This document shows, piece after piece, positions 19,401 to 27,330 of a stretch of DNA of 64,000 nucleotides (position 1 is its first letter; every line of letters starts with the position of its first letter). The notes below the pieces were generated by a model. It worked only from the letters and a program-made list of their open reading frames with translations. It did no database searches and was not told where the DNA came from. Source of the stretch: an uncultured archaeon (lineage in GTDB: Archaea; Aenigmatarchaeota; Aenigmatarchaeia; CG10238-14); assembly GCA_964373575.1 (NCBI GenBank), contig CAYJVB010000001.1:8262-72261 (forward strand). Direction: 5' to 3'. Position numbers and translations under genes: made by a program.

Positions 19401-19459
19401 CTCAAATTATTTAACATTACAACTAAAATTACAATAAGTATTTTACTACGTGATTTCAT
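16427..19459 (-). CDS. Giant secreted Cys-rich modular protein (1010 aa). It has duplicated Cys-rich WCY modules, poly-Gly/Thr linkers and a C-terminal LamG/concanavalin-like lectin domain.
   Basis: Sec signal MKSRSKILIVILVVMLNNLSLVLA. Repeated modules GWAWWCYTDSRGFDKGNHPCSC and GYAYWCYSVGGTPEKGNHACSC. Linkers TTTSTTVPGATTTTSTTLPGATTTTSTT. LamG-like segment ~aa 720-880 (HYFIDVG...LVFDLIDGAGN...IMLYVDGVLVGS). Confidence 0.55.
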   Translation of the reverse strand: MKSRSKILIVILVVMLNNLSLVLAVPPCNVANTCTPPYLCCSALCESRIPTITSPEPVSGAQLAAGTTSVTLKVKIDYKLDSCIGGSRVHEVQFQDATVGGDFDVKCGGGGDNIDIVTISCSVGGLVNGHRYEWIVFAKNGEASYDSSTYSFSIKSSGGGGGTGTGGGTTQGVSCSPAGPVCSQGWAWWCYTDSRGFDKGNHPCSCNITSNQVSSPPSCWTTSPGTGTGGSCTSIGAKCIDGYAYWCYSVGGTPEKGNHACSCENINDPCWTTASGSGSSTCGKLNIDPSTVTPGGGIKFVFTASSGYTNVKINTGDGATPNPNDKPEISGPTGGQWTWTFKGTASSTEKTYQAKFISDQCQSETVGYGVSSGGGGGGTCPSGTTNCAGTCVNLKTDKNNCGGCNNVCSADKTCSNGACTPSGGVGGGTTTSTTLPPKYTLACDKTSVQTGQPLKCTVQNCNGGLWVITNEDKTPLDYLIQSPVVDIPPTEVTIVPTGTDGKIKVLSICFDPSGITEIVKKLIIPVTLSPGGTTTTSTTVPGATTTTSTTLPGATTTTSTTTTPTSTELLCGFDNTLTCQGGENPNQKEVLIDDFTSNTEDWQENMIRGSVSGGEYQGQLTSTFDPYIFKSVSFDASLNHLSLRYKGYQGGPKSIKVYYTDGVDCAVFDEACSQSFSITDSNDYATLSFDITDTEWTDNDGQINKLKIDFESATDVGTILLDNIKISPTGFDTGKKNDGVVIKTNNVLTYSTVKNIDPNKGTVDFWVKPYWNGNDDSSHYFIDVGESKDSNRISIYKNFGNRLVFDLIDGAGNINTVSADVSSWKANVMHNIRTTWRSNEIMLYVDGVLVGSDLSVNVPSSLGNDLFIGSNMDKVSQATAVIDELSITANVVPLQATTTTSSTTTTTLPNQQFDMSDVTCSKEKCNLQITKNLVGVDVIVYVNLIHEPEGIIYYAQFQKLNAGSTGILSIPLANILTCSTGTKLTAIISVYRFDNPLNRIYRLKQEAFTC

Positions 19460-19620
19460 AATTAAAATATTGAATTCTTTTAATATTAAATTTTGTGAGA
19501 AAGGTTTACTTCTTAAGGAACAACAACGTTCATCGTCTTAGCCGTTCTACTGCACACTAAAGTCGCCAAATAATTTTCATCCACATCATCAATAGTAACA
19601 AAATAAATTATTTTTAGCCA

Positions 19621-20532
19621 TTAACACGAATCCACCGTCAATGCAGCTGTTGCCTTTCCCTGTGGTCCAGTACAAATCAACTGCACAGTCCATGTATCAG
19701 GTGCCTTTGTACAAATTTGATTCAAAGTATTTGTTATAGAAGGCTGAGATCTAACCTTGCCACCAGAAACAGTTGGTGTTGCTCCTACAGTCGGCGTGTA
19801 TTCCCCATTAAGAACAACTATCCCCGAAGCCGAGTTACATCCAGTATTGCAATCTATTGACCACGGTGTTGTAGTTTTATCCAATTTACAATTAGACAGA
19901 GTTAGCGAACCACCAGTAACTATATTCATACATGAAGCCGATGCATATCCAGCCTGCTGCCACCACCAATCTGCCTGCAAATCAGTTGGTGGAGTATATC
20001 CCAAATCAGCCCACATCTTCGGATCTTTGTTGCAGCTTCCGGAATAAATACCAGTATTCTCATTTGTGATTAGCTTAATTGCAGTATCACCCGGCAATCC
20101 TTCATCAAGTTGATAATAATCACACAATACTCTCAAACAATTTTCAGCTGTCAGTCTGTAATTACCGCAGCTGCAGTCTGTTACATGGAAGCAATAAAGC
20201 GCATCTTCGCAATAAGGTAAACTTCTGACAAAATTACCTCTATATTTTTCTCCAGGTCTTTTATCACCAGTAATATCTAGATTGACCTTCTTCAAACAAT
20301 AATCAACAGCATCCCTTCTGTTACAATTACCATCTCTATAGCTGTCACAAACCTGGTTGCACGAAGCCTTTTGCGCTGTTATCTGATACGCATCTTCAAA
20401 TGCCCTTAACTGTTCATTTATCTTGTCAGGCTTTACTATAGCCGTGAACATCCTTATCAAAACAAGAACAACAATTATAAGAACAAACATACCAAATATA
20501 ATTTCCAAAGCCCCAATACCCTTCTTCTTCAT
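19621..20532 (-). CDS. Pilin-like protein: class III N-terminus plus a Cys-rich globular domain
   Basis: MKKKG|IGALEIIFGMFVLIIVVLVLI has a KG cleavage-type site, a Glu early in the mature part and a hydrophobic helix. About 20 Cys follow. Confidence 0.5.
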   Translation of the reverse strand: MKKKGIGALEIIFGMFVLIIVVLVLIRMFTAIVKPDKINEQLRAFEDAYQITAQKASCNQVCDSYRDGNCNRRDAVDYCLKKVNLDITGDKRPGEKYRGNFVRSLPYCEDALYCFHVTDCSCGNYRLTAENCLRVLCDYYQLDEGLPGDTAIKLITNENTGIYSGSCNKDPKMWADLGYTPPTDLQADWWWQQAGYASASCMNIVTGGSLTLSNCKLDKTTTPWSIDCNTGCNSASGIVVLNGEYTPTVGATPTVSGGKVRSQPSITNTLNQICTKAPDTWTVQLICTGPQGKATAALTVDSC

Positions 20533-20610
20533 TCTATCCTGTAACTATTATTATTTTTCCTAAATAAATGTTATTGTTTGTTTGTCCACAGGTTTTCACA
20601 TGTTATCTAG

Positions 20611-20919
20611 TCAAATTCTGTAAAACTTCTTCATAATCTGCTCTATTTGTGAAGATCTTCTTGGATTCAAAGATACCTCCATACCATAGTGAGTTGGTTT
20701 ACTCAAAATAAATCCATCTCTAATAAGATCTCTTGTAATTTCTTGAACTCTTTTCAAACCATGTTTTCCAAGATCACGCTCATTCCATCCCCTTTTCAAA
20801 TTGTCAAATGAAGTGTGGGATTCTCCCCACTTACCTCTTTTAGTTAGCTTCAGAAATATTCTTACCCTTATTTCGTCATCTGAAATCATAGGTACACTTA
20901 TAATACCTTTGAAAGTCAT
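20611..20919 (-). CDS. Hypothetical basic protein (102 aa), divergent from the wHTH regulator gene
   Basis: The ORF shares a ~30-bp AT-rich divergent promoter region (20920..20950) with the 20951..21286 regulator. No motif recognised. Confidence 0.35.
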   Translation of the reverse strand: MTFKGIISVPMISDDEIRVRIFLKLTKRGKWGESHTSFDNLKRGWNERDLGKHGLKRVQEITRDLIRDGFILSKPTHYGMEVSLNPRRSSQIEQIMKKFYRI

Positions 20920-20950
20920 GTTTAAATACCTACAGATATATGTATTATTT

Positions 20951-21286
20951 ATGACAGACGATACACTGCTAATTCAATTTCTTGGAAACAACCCAACCTT
21001 AAGGGTAATCGACTTTTTTTTAGATAATAGAACTGATTATTCAAAAAAAGAAATAATAAATGCTCTTGGAATGTCAAAAACAACTTTCTACAAAGTTTGG
21101 AAACAATTGGAGAAATTTGGTGTAGTAATGCCTACAAGAAGATATGGAAATGCGGTGTTATTCAAAATTAATGAAAACAACCCCATTGTCAGAAAACTGA
21201 TGATTTTTGACTTTACATTAATTAAACAGGCTATTCCTTACGCAAAACAGAAAGTTAACACATCTAGAAGACCATTGAAACTATAA
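20951..21286 (+). CDS. Winged-helix transcription regulator embedded in the pilin island. The ORF-track ORF 20801..21286 is trimmed here to an internal ATG.
   Basis: MTDDTLLIQFLGNNPTLRVIDFFLDNRTDYSKKEIINALGMSKTTFYKVWKQLEKFGVV is an HTH + wing. The ORF-track extension overlaps the opposite gene. Confidence 0.5.
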   Translation: MTDDTLLIQFLGNNPTLRVIDFFLDNRTDYSKKEIINALGMSKTTFYKVWKQLEKFGVVMPTRRYGNAVLFKINENNPIVRKLMIFDFTLIKQAIPYAKQKVNTSRRPLKL

Positions 21287-21391
21287 TAAACAATATTTCT
21301 GTAAAATAACTGTTAACTTGAATTTCCTTTACAGTTAAAGATACACAAGAATATTCAAACTAATTCAATATGATAGTAATTACTAACATAA

Positions 21392-21838
21392 TCAATCCAA
21401 ACAAATCAATATATCATTATTCAAAACACGTTTAGATGCCATCGATATTTTTTTATTTTCTACATAATCAAATCCAATATAAATTGTATTAGTATTTATC
21501 TCAGGAGAAACGCAACTTTCCACTCTAGCTACATCTCTTTCTTTACTTATCGTTCTAACAAAATTCTGTATGTCATTAAATGTAATTCTTTCTTTTGCCT
21601 TACCCTTGAATTCGAAACACTGATTAGTCACAAATCCATACAAAACATTTTTAAAATCTTCATAGCTTATCTCACCGCCATTCAAAAATTCACACAAATA
21701 AGTTGCATTAGCCACAGGAACAAAACTAGACTTATCCTCACCCTGTCTGAAAATTGAAATCATTATCGCACTTGCAATTCCAACAAAAACCAGTAATAAA
21801 AAAAACCCAAAAGCATAATCCAAAGCTAATCCCTTCAT
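21392..21838 (-). CDS. Pilin-like protein with a class III N-terminus
   Basis: MKG|LALDYAFGFFLLLVFVGIASAIMISIF. Confidence 0.45.
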   Translation of the reverse strand: MKGLALDYAFGFFLLLVFVGIASAIMISIFRQGEDKSSFVPVANATYLCEFLNGGEISYEDFKNVLYGFVTNQCFEFKGKAKERITFNDIQNFVRTISKERDVARVESCVSPEINTNTIYIGFDYVENKKISMASKRVLNNDILICLD

Positions 21839-21839
21839 T

Positions 21840-22250
21840 TTAACACGTTATCTTTACTTTTCTGATAAGTGAATCATATTGGAAAAATACAGTCTTCGTA
21901 TTCTTATTGCACTCAATATTGCAGTATTCTTTAACATCATTTTGTAACAAAATTGATGAAGGGTTAACATCCGTTTCTAAACTAACAGCATAGCATAACC
22001 CATTTTCAGGGCATTGGCCTTCTTCACTTTTGCCCCAGCATAAATTACAATATTTTCCAACAATATCTGCTGTTAACGAATTCTCATTTGATGGCTTATC
22101 TATTTTAATTTCGCATTTATTTTCATTGCATGGGGGAAAAATACAAATCCTACTTATATTATCCCTGAAAGTCCACATGATACCTATGAGCACCATAACT
22201 ACAACAAAATACAAAATCATCTTCATCGGATATTCTAAAACCATCGACAT
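21840..22250 (-). CDS. Small membrane-anchored Cys-rich protein (136 aa)
   Basis: N-terminal TM (ILYFVVVMVLIGIMWTF) and 11 Cys. Coupled to neighbours (1-nt spacing). Confidence 0.4.
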   Translation of the reverse strand: MSMVLEYPMKMILYFVVVMVLIGIMWTFRDNISRICIFPPCNENKCEIKIDKPSNENSLTADIVGKYCNLCWGKSEEGQCPENGLCYAVSLETDVNPSSILLQNDVKEYCNIECNKNTKTVFFQYDSLIRKVKITC

Positions 22251-22781
22251 CTAAATTACCTCTATTTTCTTAGCATCAGCATTATATCTTATAGCAATCG
22301 ATTTAGGTCCTGATATTACTCCTGTTTTCCACAATAAAATATTCGAATATCCCTGGTTGTCAAGCAAGGTCTTAACAGAACTTTCCAATACTTCGCCGTT
22401 AACACCTGAAATAATCATTTCATAGCATAACTGGTTTCTTCCGAAATTAGCTGCACCCGTTTTTTGCCAGCATGCAGCTACATGAGTAGCAATTTCGAAA
22501 GATATCTTTTCCGGAATGTTAGTATTCAGTTCTATTGTCTCCAGATTAACAGAAATTTCAGATGAACAATAAACAGGCAATGACGGTCTAAGATGTGAAG
22601 GCAACGGCAGAATAGAAGTCACGCCTTGAAATACAGAACAATAAGCCTTACTCAATGCAGGTTTAATCCTCGTTCCTATCAATGCTATAAGCAGTGATAT
22701 CGCTACGATCGCAAGAATCATGTAAGCAATTGTTGACAATGCAATGCCTTTCATTTTCTCTGTATAATTTATAGCTTTCAT
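22251..22781 (-). CDS. Pilin-like protein. The likely true start is the internal Met at 22754, which gives MKG|IALSTIAYMILAIVAISLLIAL.
   Basis: A class III-type motif follows the second Met. A globular domain follows that. Confidence 0.45.
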   Translation of the reverse strand: MKAINYTEKMKGIALSTIAYMILAIVAISLLIALIGTRIKPALSKAYCSVFQGVTSILPLPSHLRPSLPVYCSSEISVNLETIELNTNIPEKISFEIATHVAACWQKTGAANFGRNQLCYEMIISGVNGEVLESSVKTLLDNQGYSNILLWKTGVISGPKSIAIRYNADAKKIEVI

Positions 22782-22864
22782 AAAATAAACAGATCGGTCG
22801 CTTTGAGAACCGCTGGGAAAAATGCTGAAGTTGTCAGGAAAAGTTGAAATTATTTACACTTACA

Positions 22865-24319
22865 CTAAACGCTCTTCAACAAACTATATTTTTCCTTGAG
22901 CACCATAATCCTAGTTATCTTTTCTTTTATCAACTCTTTTGAAATTTCTCCAGAATTAATCATAGATACAATAGTCGAATATGCCGCATTAGCATTAGAA
23001 GAAGAGCTAAACAACAGTATATCAACATTTGTCGCAGCCCTTTTTACCATTTCTTCAAATGTTATTCCTAAATGTGTATTTTTGCCTGTAAGCGAATCTG
23101 ATATTAACACAGCATTTGGTGATATTTGTCTAGCCCGGTTTGTTAATGTGGGTGAAAAAACAGCTAAATTATTAGGATCAATATTTGTGTAAACTATGTT
23201 ATTCATCATTATCATATCCAAATCATTTGACAATCCAGCATAAGGTTTTATATCACTATTTTCCAAATCCTGCATAGTTCTGCTATCTGTTGCTTTCTGA
23301 AAATCACTATTGTCCATCTGATTCCCATAACCTGGGAAATGTTTTCCTGTAGCTATGACACCCTCATCATGAAGACCTTTAGCAAAAGCCCTGCCTATAG
23401 TCTCAACATTTGCAGGATTTCCGGAAAAAGATCTTTCTTGATTATATATTAATCCAGACAAGGATACATCCAACACAGGCGCAAGATTGGTATTTAGATT
23501 ATGTTGTTTCATTTCTATTGCGATATCCTTCGCATGATTCTCAATATCTAATATACTCATAGTTCCAGATGTATACCTACTTCCAATATCCCTCGCAGAA
23601 ATTCTTCCAGGATTAAAATCTTTAGGCATTCTTCTAACCAATCCACCTTCTCCATCTGTAGCAACAAAAGGCCATATCTGCACATTGTTTATTACAGTAG
23701 GTATAGGAGAGAAACCGGCTTGTATATTAGAAGCAAACAAATAATAATTTTTATATTTCGTTCCATCAGGTGTAGACATTATCATTTGTTCCACCAATTG
23801 CTCAGTAGTCATTCCATTAACCAGATTAACAGCTAATGAAGGGATAGTTGTTGTAGTTGTAGCAACTGGAATTGTAGTAGTCGTTTCTTCAGTTGGTAAA
23901 GTAGTTGTTGTACTTTTTTTTATCACCTCTTCAGAGAATAATAAAACCTTTCTTTCATACCCATCATATCTTACTTTAATTTGGTATTGTTTGTTCGCAT
24001 CAATTTTTTTGAATTTAATATCCACAAAATCTCTTTTCACTTTTTCTAAATCCTGTTCTATGCCCTTGTCAGTCGAAATAGCTTTAATGACAAAACAGTC
24101 ATCTACAATGCTATCGCTACCAGAATTATGCTTACTCCAGCACAAGTTAGAGCATGTTACAAGATTCTGTACTATTAGCTCTGAGGCCGTATTCTGATCC
24201 AGGTAACATATCTTTGGAACCGTCTGCCAACTAATAGTAATCAAAACAATAACTGTGAATATTGGAACAACAATAAGCAATAACCCAACAACATTTTTTT
24301 CAACAGACAACAGCACCAC
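22865..24319 (-). CDS. Membrane-anchored glycoside hydrolase family 3 (NagZ-like beta-N-acetylglucosaminidase) behind a poly-Thr linker
   Basis: N-terminal TM. Linker TTTTLPTEETTTTIPVATTTTTIPS. GH3 N-domain motifs NLAPVLDV, KHFPGYGN...DSR and VLISDSL (compare NagZ: PVLDL, KHFPGHG..DSH, SDDL). Confidence 0.55.
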   Translation of the reverse strand: MVLLSVEKNVVGLLLIVVPIFTVIVLITISWQTVPKICYLDQNTASELIVQNLVTCSNLCWSKHNSGSDSIVDDCFVIKAISTDKGIEQDLEKVKRDFVDIKFKKIDANKQYQIKVRYDGYERKVLLFSEEVIKKSTTTTLPTEETTTTIPVATTTTTIPSLAVNLVNGMTTEQLVEQMIMSTPDGTKYKNYYLFASNIQAGFSPIPTVINNVQIWPFVATDGEGGLVRRMPKDFNPGRISARDIGSRYTSGTMSILDIENHAKDIAIEMKQHNLNTNLAPVLDVSLSGLIYNQERSFSGNPANVETIGRAFAKGLHDEGVIATGKHFPGYGNQMDNSDFQKATDSRTMQDLENSDIKPYAGLSNDLDMIMMNNIVYTNIDPNNLAVFSPTLTNRARQISPNAVLISDSLTGKNTHLGITFEEMVKRAATNVDILLFSSSSNANAAYSTIVSMINSGEISKELIKEKITRIMVLKEKYSLLKSV

Positions 24320-26345
24320 CCGAACCAGTGACTATAGGAATTATCAATTGTTGGAATGCAATCAATGCTATAACACTAACAGCGCCATAAACCATCATCC
24401 CAGTCATGAGACTCTTCGCTATTAAATAATTTCTTGAAGTTTCATCAAACCCATTCTCAATCCCATTAAGCAATATTGAAAAAATAGTAATGATCTCCAC
24501 AGTATAAATTCCAATAATTATTTGCAACACGGTCATAGGCATTACTTGCGTAAAATTCCCAACAAGGTCATTCAGAATGCTTCCAACACTAGCTGTTGCA
24601 CTTTGAACAAATGCTACACTAAAAGATCTTTCAATCTGTTGCAACTGGCACGAAAGTGTCCTCAGCATATTAAGAAAAAATATACCCAAAACTCCTGTCA
24701 TGGCACAAACAAGTGGCACAACAAAGGTACTCTCCAGTCTAGCACTCGCCCTTACATCCTCCAGCAATTCTTTTATCTTAGCTTCAATATTGTTTAAATT
24801 TTCCAGATACGATCCGATTGTCTTAGCAACATTTCCTAATAGAACAGAACTTTTTGATGAGGCATCACCCAAGATCCTCATTATCTCTTCAATAAGAACC
24901 GAGGGAAAAAATCTAATCAATCCATCTTTGCCAAAAATTGCATTCATAAAATCCGTGCCTAGGTTTTTCATTTTGTTATACAGTTGCGAAAAGAAATTGT
25001 AAGTGGGATTCTTCTGTAGCCCTAGTTTTTCATATTCATCCAAGCTCTTCTCAATACCCTTTTCAATAGGATAACCCTCAGAGAGGAAATTGCCTAAAGT
25101 ATACAAACCCAACTGGAAATCATTTTCAATGCCCTTTATCTGATTTCTGATATTAATTCTAGGAGCACTTTTCATGTAGAAATACAAAAAGAAGAATACT
25201 GCAACGCCGAATGTCACAGAAAATGTAGAGACCAAATTTTCCAGACTAAACTCAGCCTCCTTTTTCAGCATATCAAGCTTCACTCCTTCACTGGCCACCG
25301 ATAAGTTAGAATACAGATCAACAAAATGCAGGACACCATAAACCATTATCAGCAACGACACTACAACAGCAGCAGGCGCAATTGGTATCAAAACAGTTTT
25401 TGTAGATAACCTCAACGGATATCTATTTGTCGGAGGTAGTTGTGGATGTTTGGAAATATCCGGAACCATAAATGCAGATGGTCTCTTGAGTATTATCCTG
25501 TTTACAAGAAACAGCAGCAGCAAAGGCAGTACAACTGTATAACCAATTCCTAAATAAAATGGATTAATAGAGTTATGCAGAAACATTGAAATCAAGGGAA
25601 ACATTATTATTCCCATAACAGGCAGCAGTATTCCAAGAAAATACAAAATATTGATAGGCCCGTTAATATCCTCAACATAAGTCTTCATCTTCCTTTCCGT
25701 GCTTGTCAATAGAAAGTTAAGTGATTTCATCAAAATCCTTTCCCTCTCACCCTCGGATGGTTCAACCAGAATATTGTACAAAAGCGTAATCGATCTTACA
25801 AAATCCTCATTCCACACCCTCCACTTGGCCATATAAACTGCTAGCGCATCCTCAATTGTGTTATATCTCCCTATCTGCAGATCCCACATTACCTTTTTTA
25901 TATCCTTTGACAACGGCCCTTTAGAATGAGCTGCAGCAAAATTCATTGCGCCTTCAAAATTCGGATGCAGTTTAAGGTAGATTACCATATAGAGAATGAT
26001 CTTTATTGATTCGTCGCCTGTTTGTATTCTCAGTACTTGAGACATGAATCTCGGATAAGTGAATACCAGATAGCTTGTAATGGCTGGGATAAGAAGAAGA
26101 AACGGCAATGCACGCAAGTTATTTGCTATCAATGCAAAACTAGCGAATGCTATCGAAAGCAACAAGAATGTTAAAATTGTGGCTGATACAACACCTCTTG
26201 TGGAAACATTGAGTGTTGAAAATACAATATCCTCTTTCAACTGTCTACTTGATTTCTTCGGTAGATCGAGACCCAACACCTCACTATATCTACACAGCTT
26301 CTCAAAACCACTCTTAGCTTCCTTCGCTTCCTTCTCTTGAAACAA
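24300..26345 (-). CDS. TadC/FlaJ/GspF-like polytopic membrane platform protein of a type IV pilus-like system (paralog 1)
   Basis: 681 aa. Cytoplasmic helical domains alternate with TM clusters. Region-by-region similarity to the 39151..41196 protein (VMWDLQIGRYNTIEDALAVYMAKWRVWNEDFVRSI versus ILWDVHTRRYSSVEEALQDFGDKWKVQNEEFTRSL). Architecture matches the T2SS-F / archaeal FlaJ family. Confidence 0.6.
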   Translation of the reverse strand: MFQEKEAKEAKSGFEKLCRYSEVLGLDLPKKSSRQLKEDIVFSTLNVSTRGVVSATILTFLLLSIAFASFALIANNLRALPFLLLIPAITSYLVFTYPRFMSQVLRIQTGDESIKIILYMVIYLKLHPNFEGAMNFAAAHSKGPLSKDIKKVMWDLQIGRYNTIEDALAVYMAKWRVWNEDFVRSITLLYNILVEPSEGERERILMKSLNFLLTSTERKMKTYVEDINGPINILYFLGILLPVMGIIMFPLISMFLHNSINPFYLGIGYTVVLPLLLLFLVNRIILKRPSAFMVPDISKHPQLPPTNRYPLRLSTKTVLIPIAPAAVVVSLLIMVYGVLHFVDLYSNLSVASEGVKLDMLKKEAEFSLENLVSTFSVTFGVAVFFFLYFYMKSAPRINIRNQIKGIENDFQLGLYTLGNFLSEGYPIEKGIEKSLDEYEKLGLQKNPTYNFFSQLYNKMKNLGTDFMNAIFGKDGLIRFFPSVLIEEIMRILGDASSKSSVLLGNVAKTIGSYLENLNNIEAKIKELLEDVRASARLESTFVVPLVCAMTGVLGIFFLNMLRTLSCQLQQIERSFSVAFVQSATASVGSILNDLVGNFTQVMPMTVLQIIIGIYTVEIITIFSILLNGIENGFDETSRNYLIAKSLMTGMMVYGAVSVIALIAFQQLIIPIVTGSGGAVVC

Positions 26346-26442
26346 GAAATTTAGATATTCTTCCGAGATAAGAGGCTTTTGCTTCTCTTTGATTTAAACC
26401 ACAAATATTATTCCTTTAAATGAAGAAATATATTTAGATGTT

Positions 26443-27330
26443 ATGTCCAATTATCGTCTGCTTATACTTTTGGCAGTAATAATCTTTCTTTCAGGCTGCA
26501 CTACTCAGAACGGTGGGCAAACTTATAATAATGAAGTTATAAAAGTTGATGTTGAGGCCCCGCAAAAAGTTTTGCCAAATCAAAACATAGACATAACATT
26601 ATCAATATCAAACACTAACGCAAATCCAGTTTCAAATCTAGATGTTGTAATGACAGATACTTATGGCCTAGATATTGCAAGCATAAATTGCGATCGTGGT
26701 ACAAAAATAGACGGTGGTTGTCATTTCGATTCAGTTGCTGGCTTTGAAAATTTAAGAATAAACTATAAAACCGGAGTACCTAGCACATACGTCACAGGCG
26801 CTACAAGCGTTCAAGTAAATCCAGAAATAACAATAACTTATGATTATTCCGGGCAGACAGTATGGACTATACCGATAGTGAAAAAGAATTACGCGGGCAC
26901 TATTAGCACAAAGCCGCCCACGTCAACTGCAGGTCCGATACAGGCTACTATACAACGAGGCTTAGACGAGAGTAGTCAAGAACAAACCGATAGATTAGCG
27001 GAAGACGGCTATCTATTCATTACCATAACATTAAATGACGCATTAGGCAATCCTATAACAATAACCAAAGATAATTTATGGGTAAAACTCATCAATTTAG
27101 ATATAGACAAAAGTACTAGTGAAAATGTCTGTGATTTTCAGGGAACTCCTGTTAAACTAACTCCTTTAAAAGATGTAGTAATTCCATATGACCCAACATT
27201 AGAATGTGGTTTGCGGGCTAAAAGTGTATTGCAAGAAGATCTAGAAAACGCCCAAATTGAGGTTAATTTCAACTATCAATACAAAATAATCAAAAATACA
27301 CCAATGGAAATTCTTGCTAGAAAGAGATGA
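26443..27330 (+). CDS. Putative lipoprotein / surface protein with CARDB-like beta domains
   Basis: Signal peptide with a lipobox-like LSGC (MSNYRLLILLAVIIFLSGCTTQNGG). DITLSISNTNANPVSNLDVVM is a CARDB-like strand pattern. Confidence 0.45.
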   Translation: MSNYRLLILLAVIIFLSGCTTQNGGQTYNNEVIKVDVEAPQKVLPNQNIDITLSISNTNANPVSNLDVVMTDTYGLDIASINCDRGTKIDGGCHFDSVAGFENLRINYKTGVPSTYVTGATSVQVNPEITITYDYSGQTVWTIPIVKKNYAGTISTKPPTSTAGPIQATIQRGLDESSQEQTDRLAEDGYLFITITLNDALGNPITITKDNLWVKLINLDIDKSTSENVCDFQGTPVKLTPLKDVVIPYDPTLECGLRAKSVLQEDLENAQIEVNFNYQYKIIKNTPMEILARKR

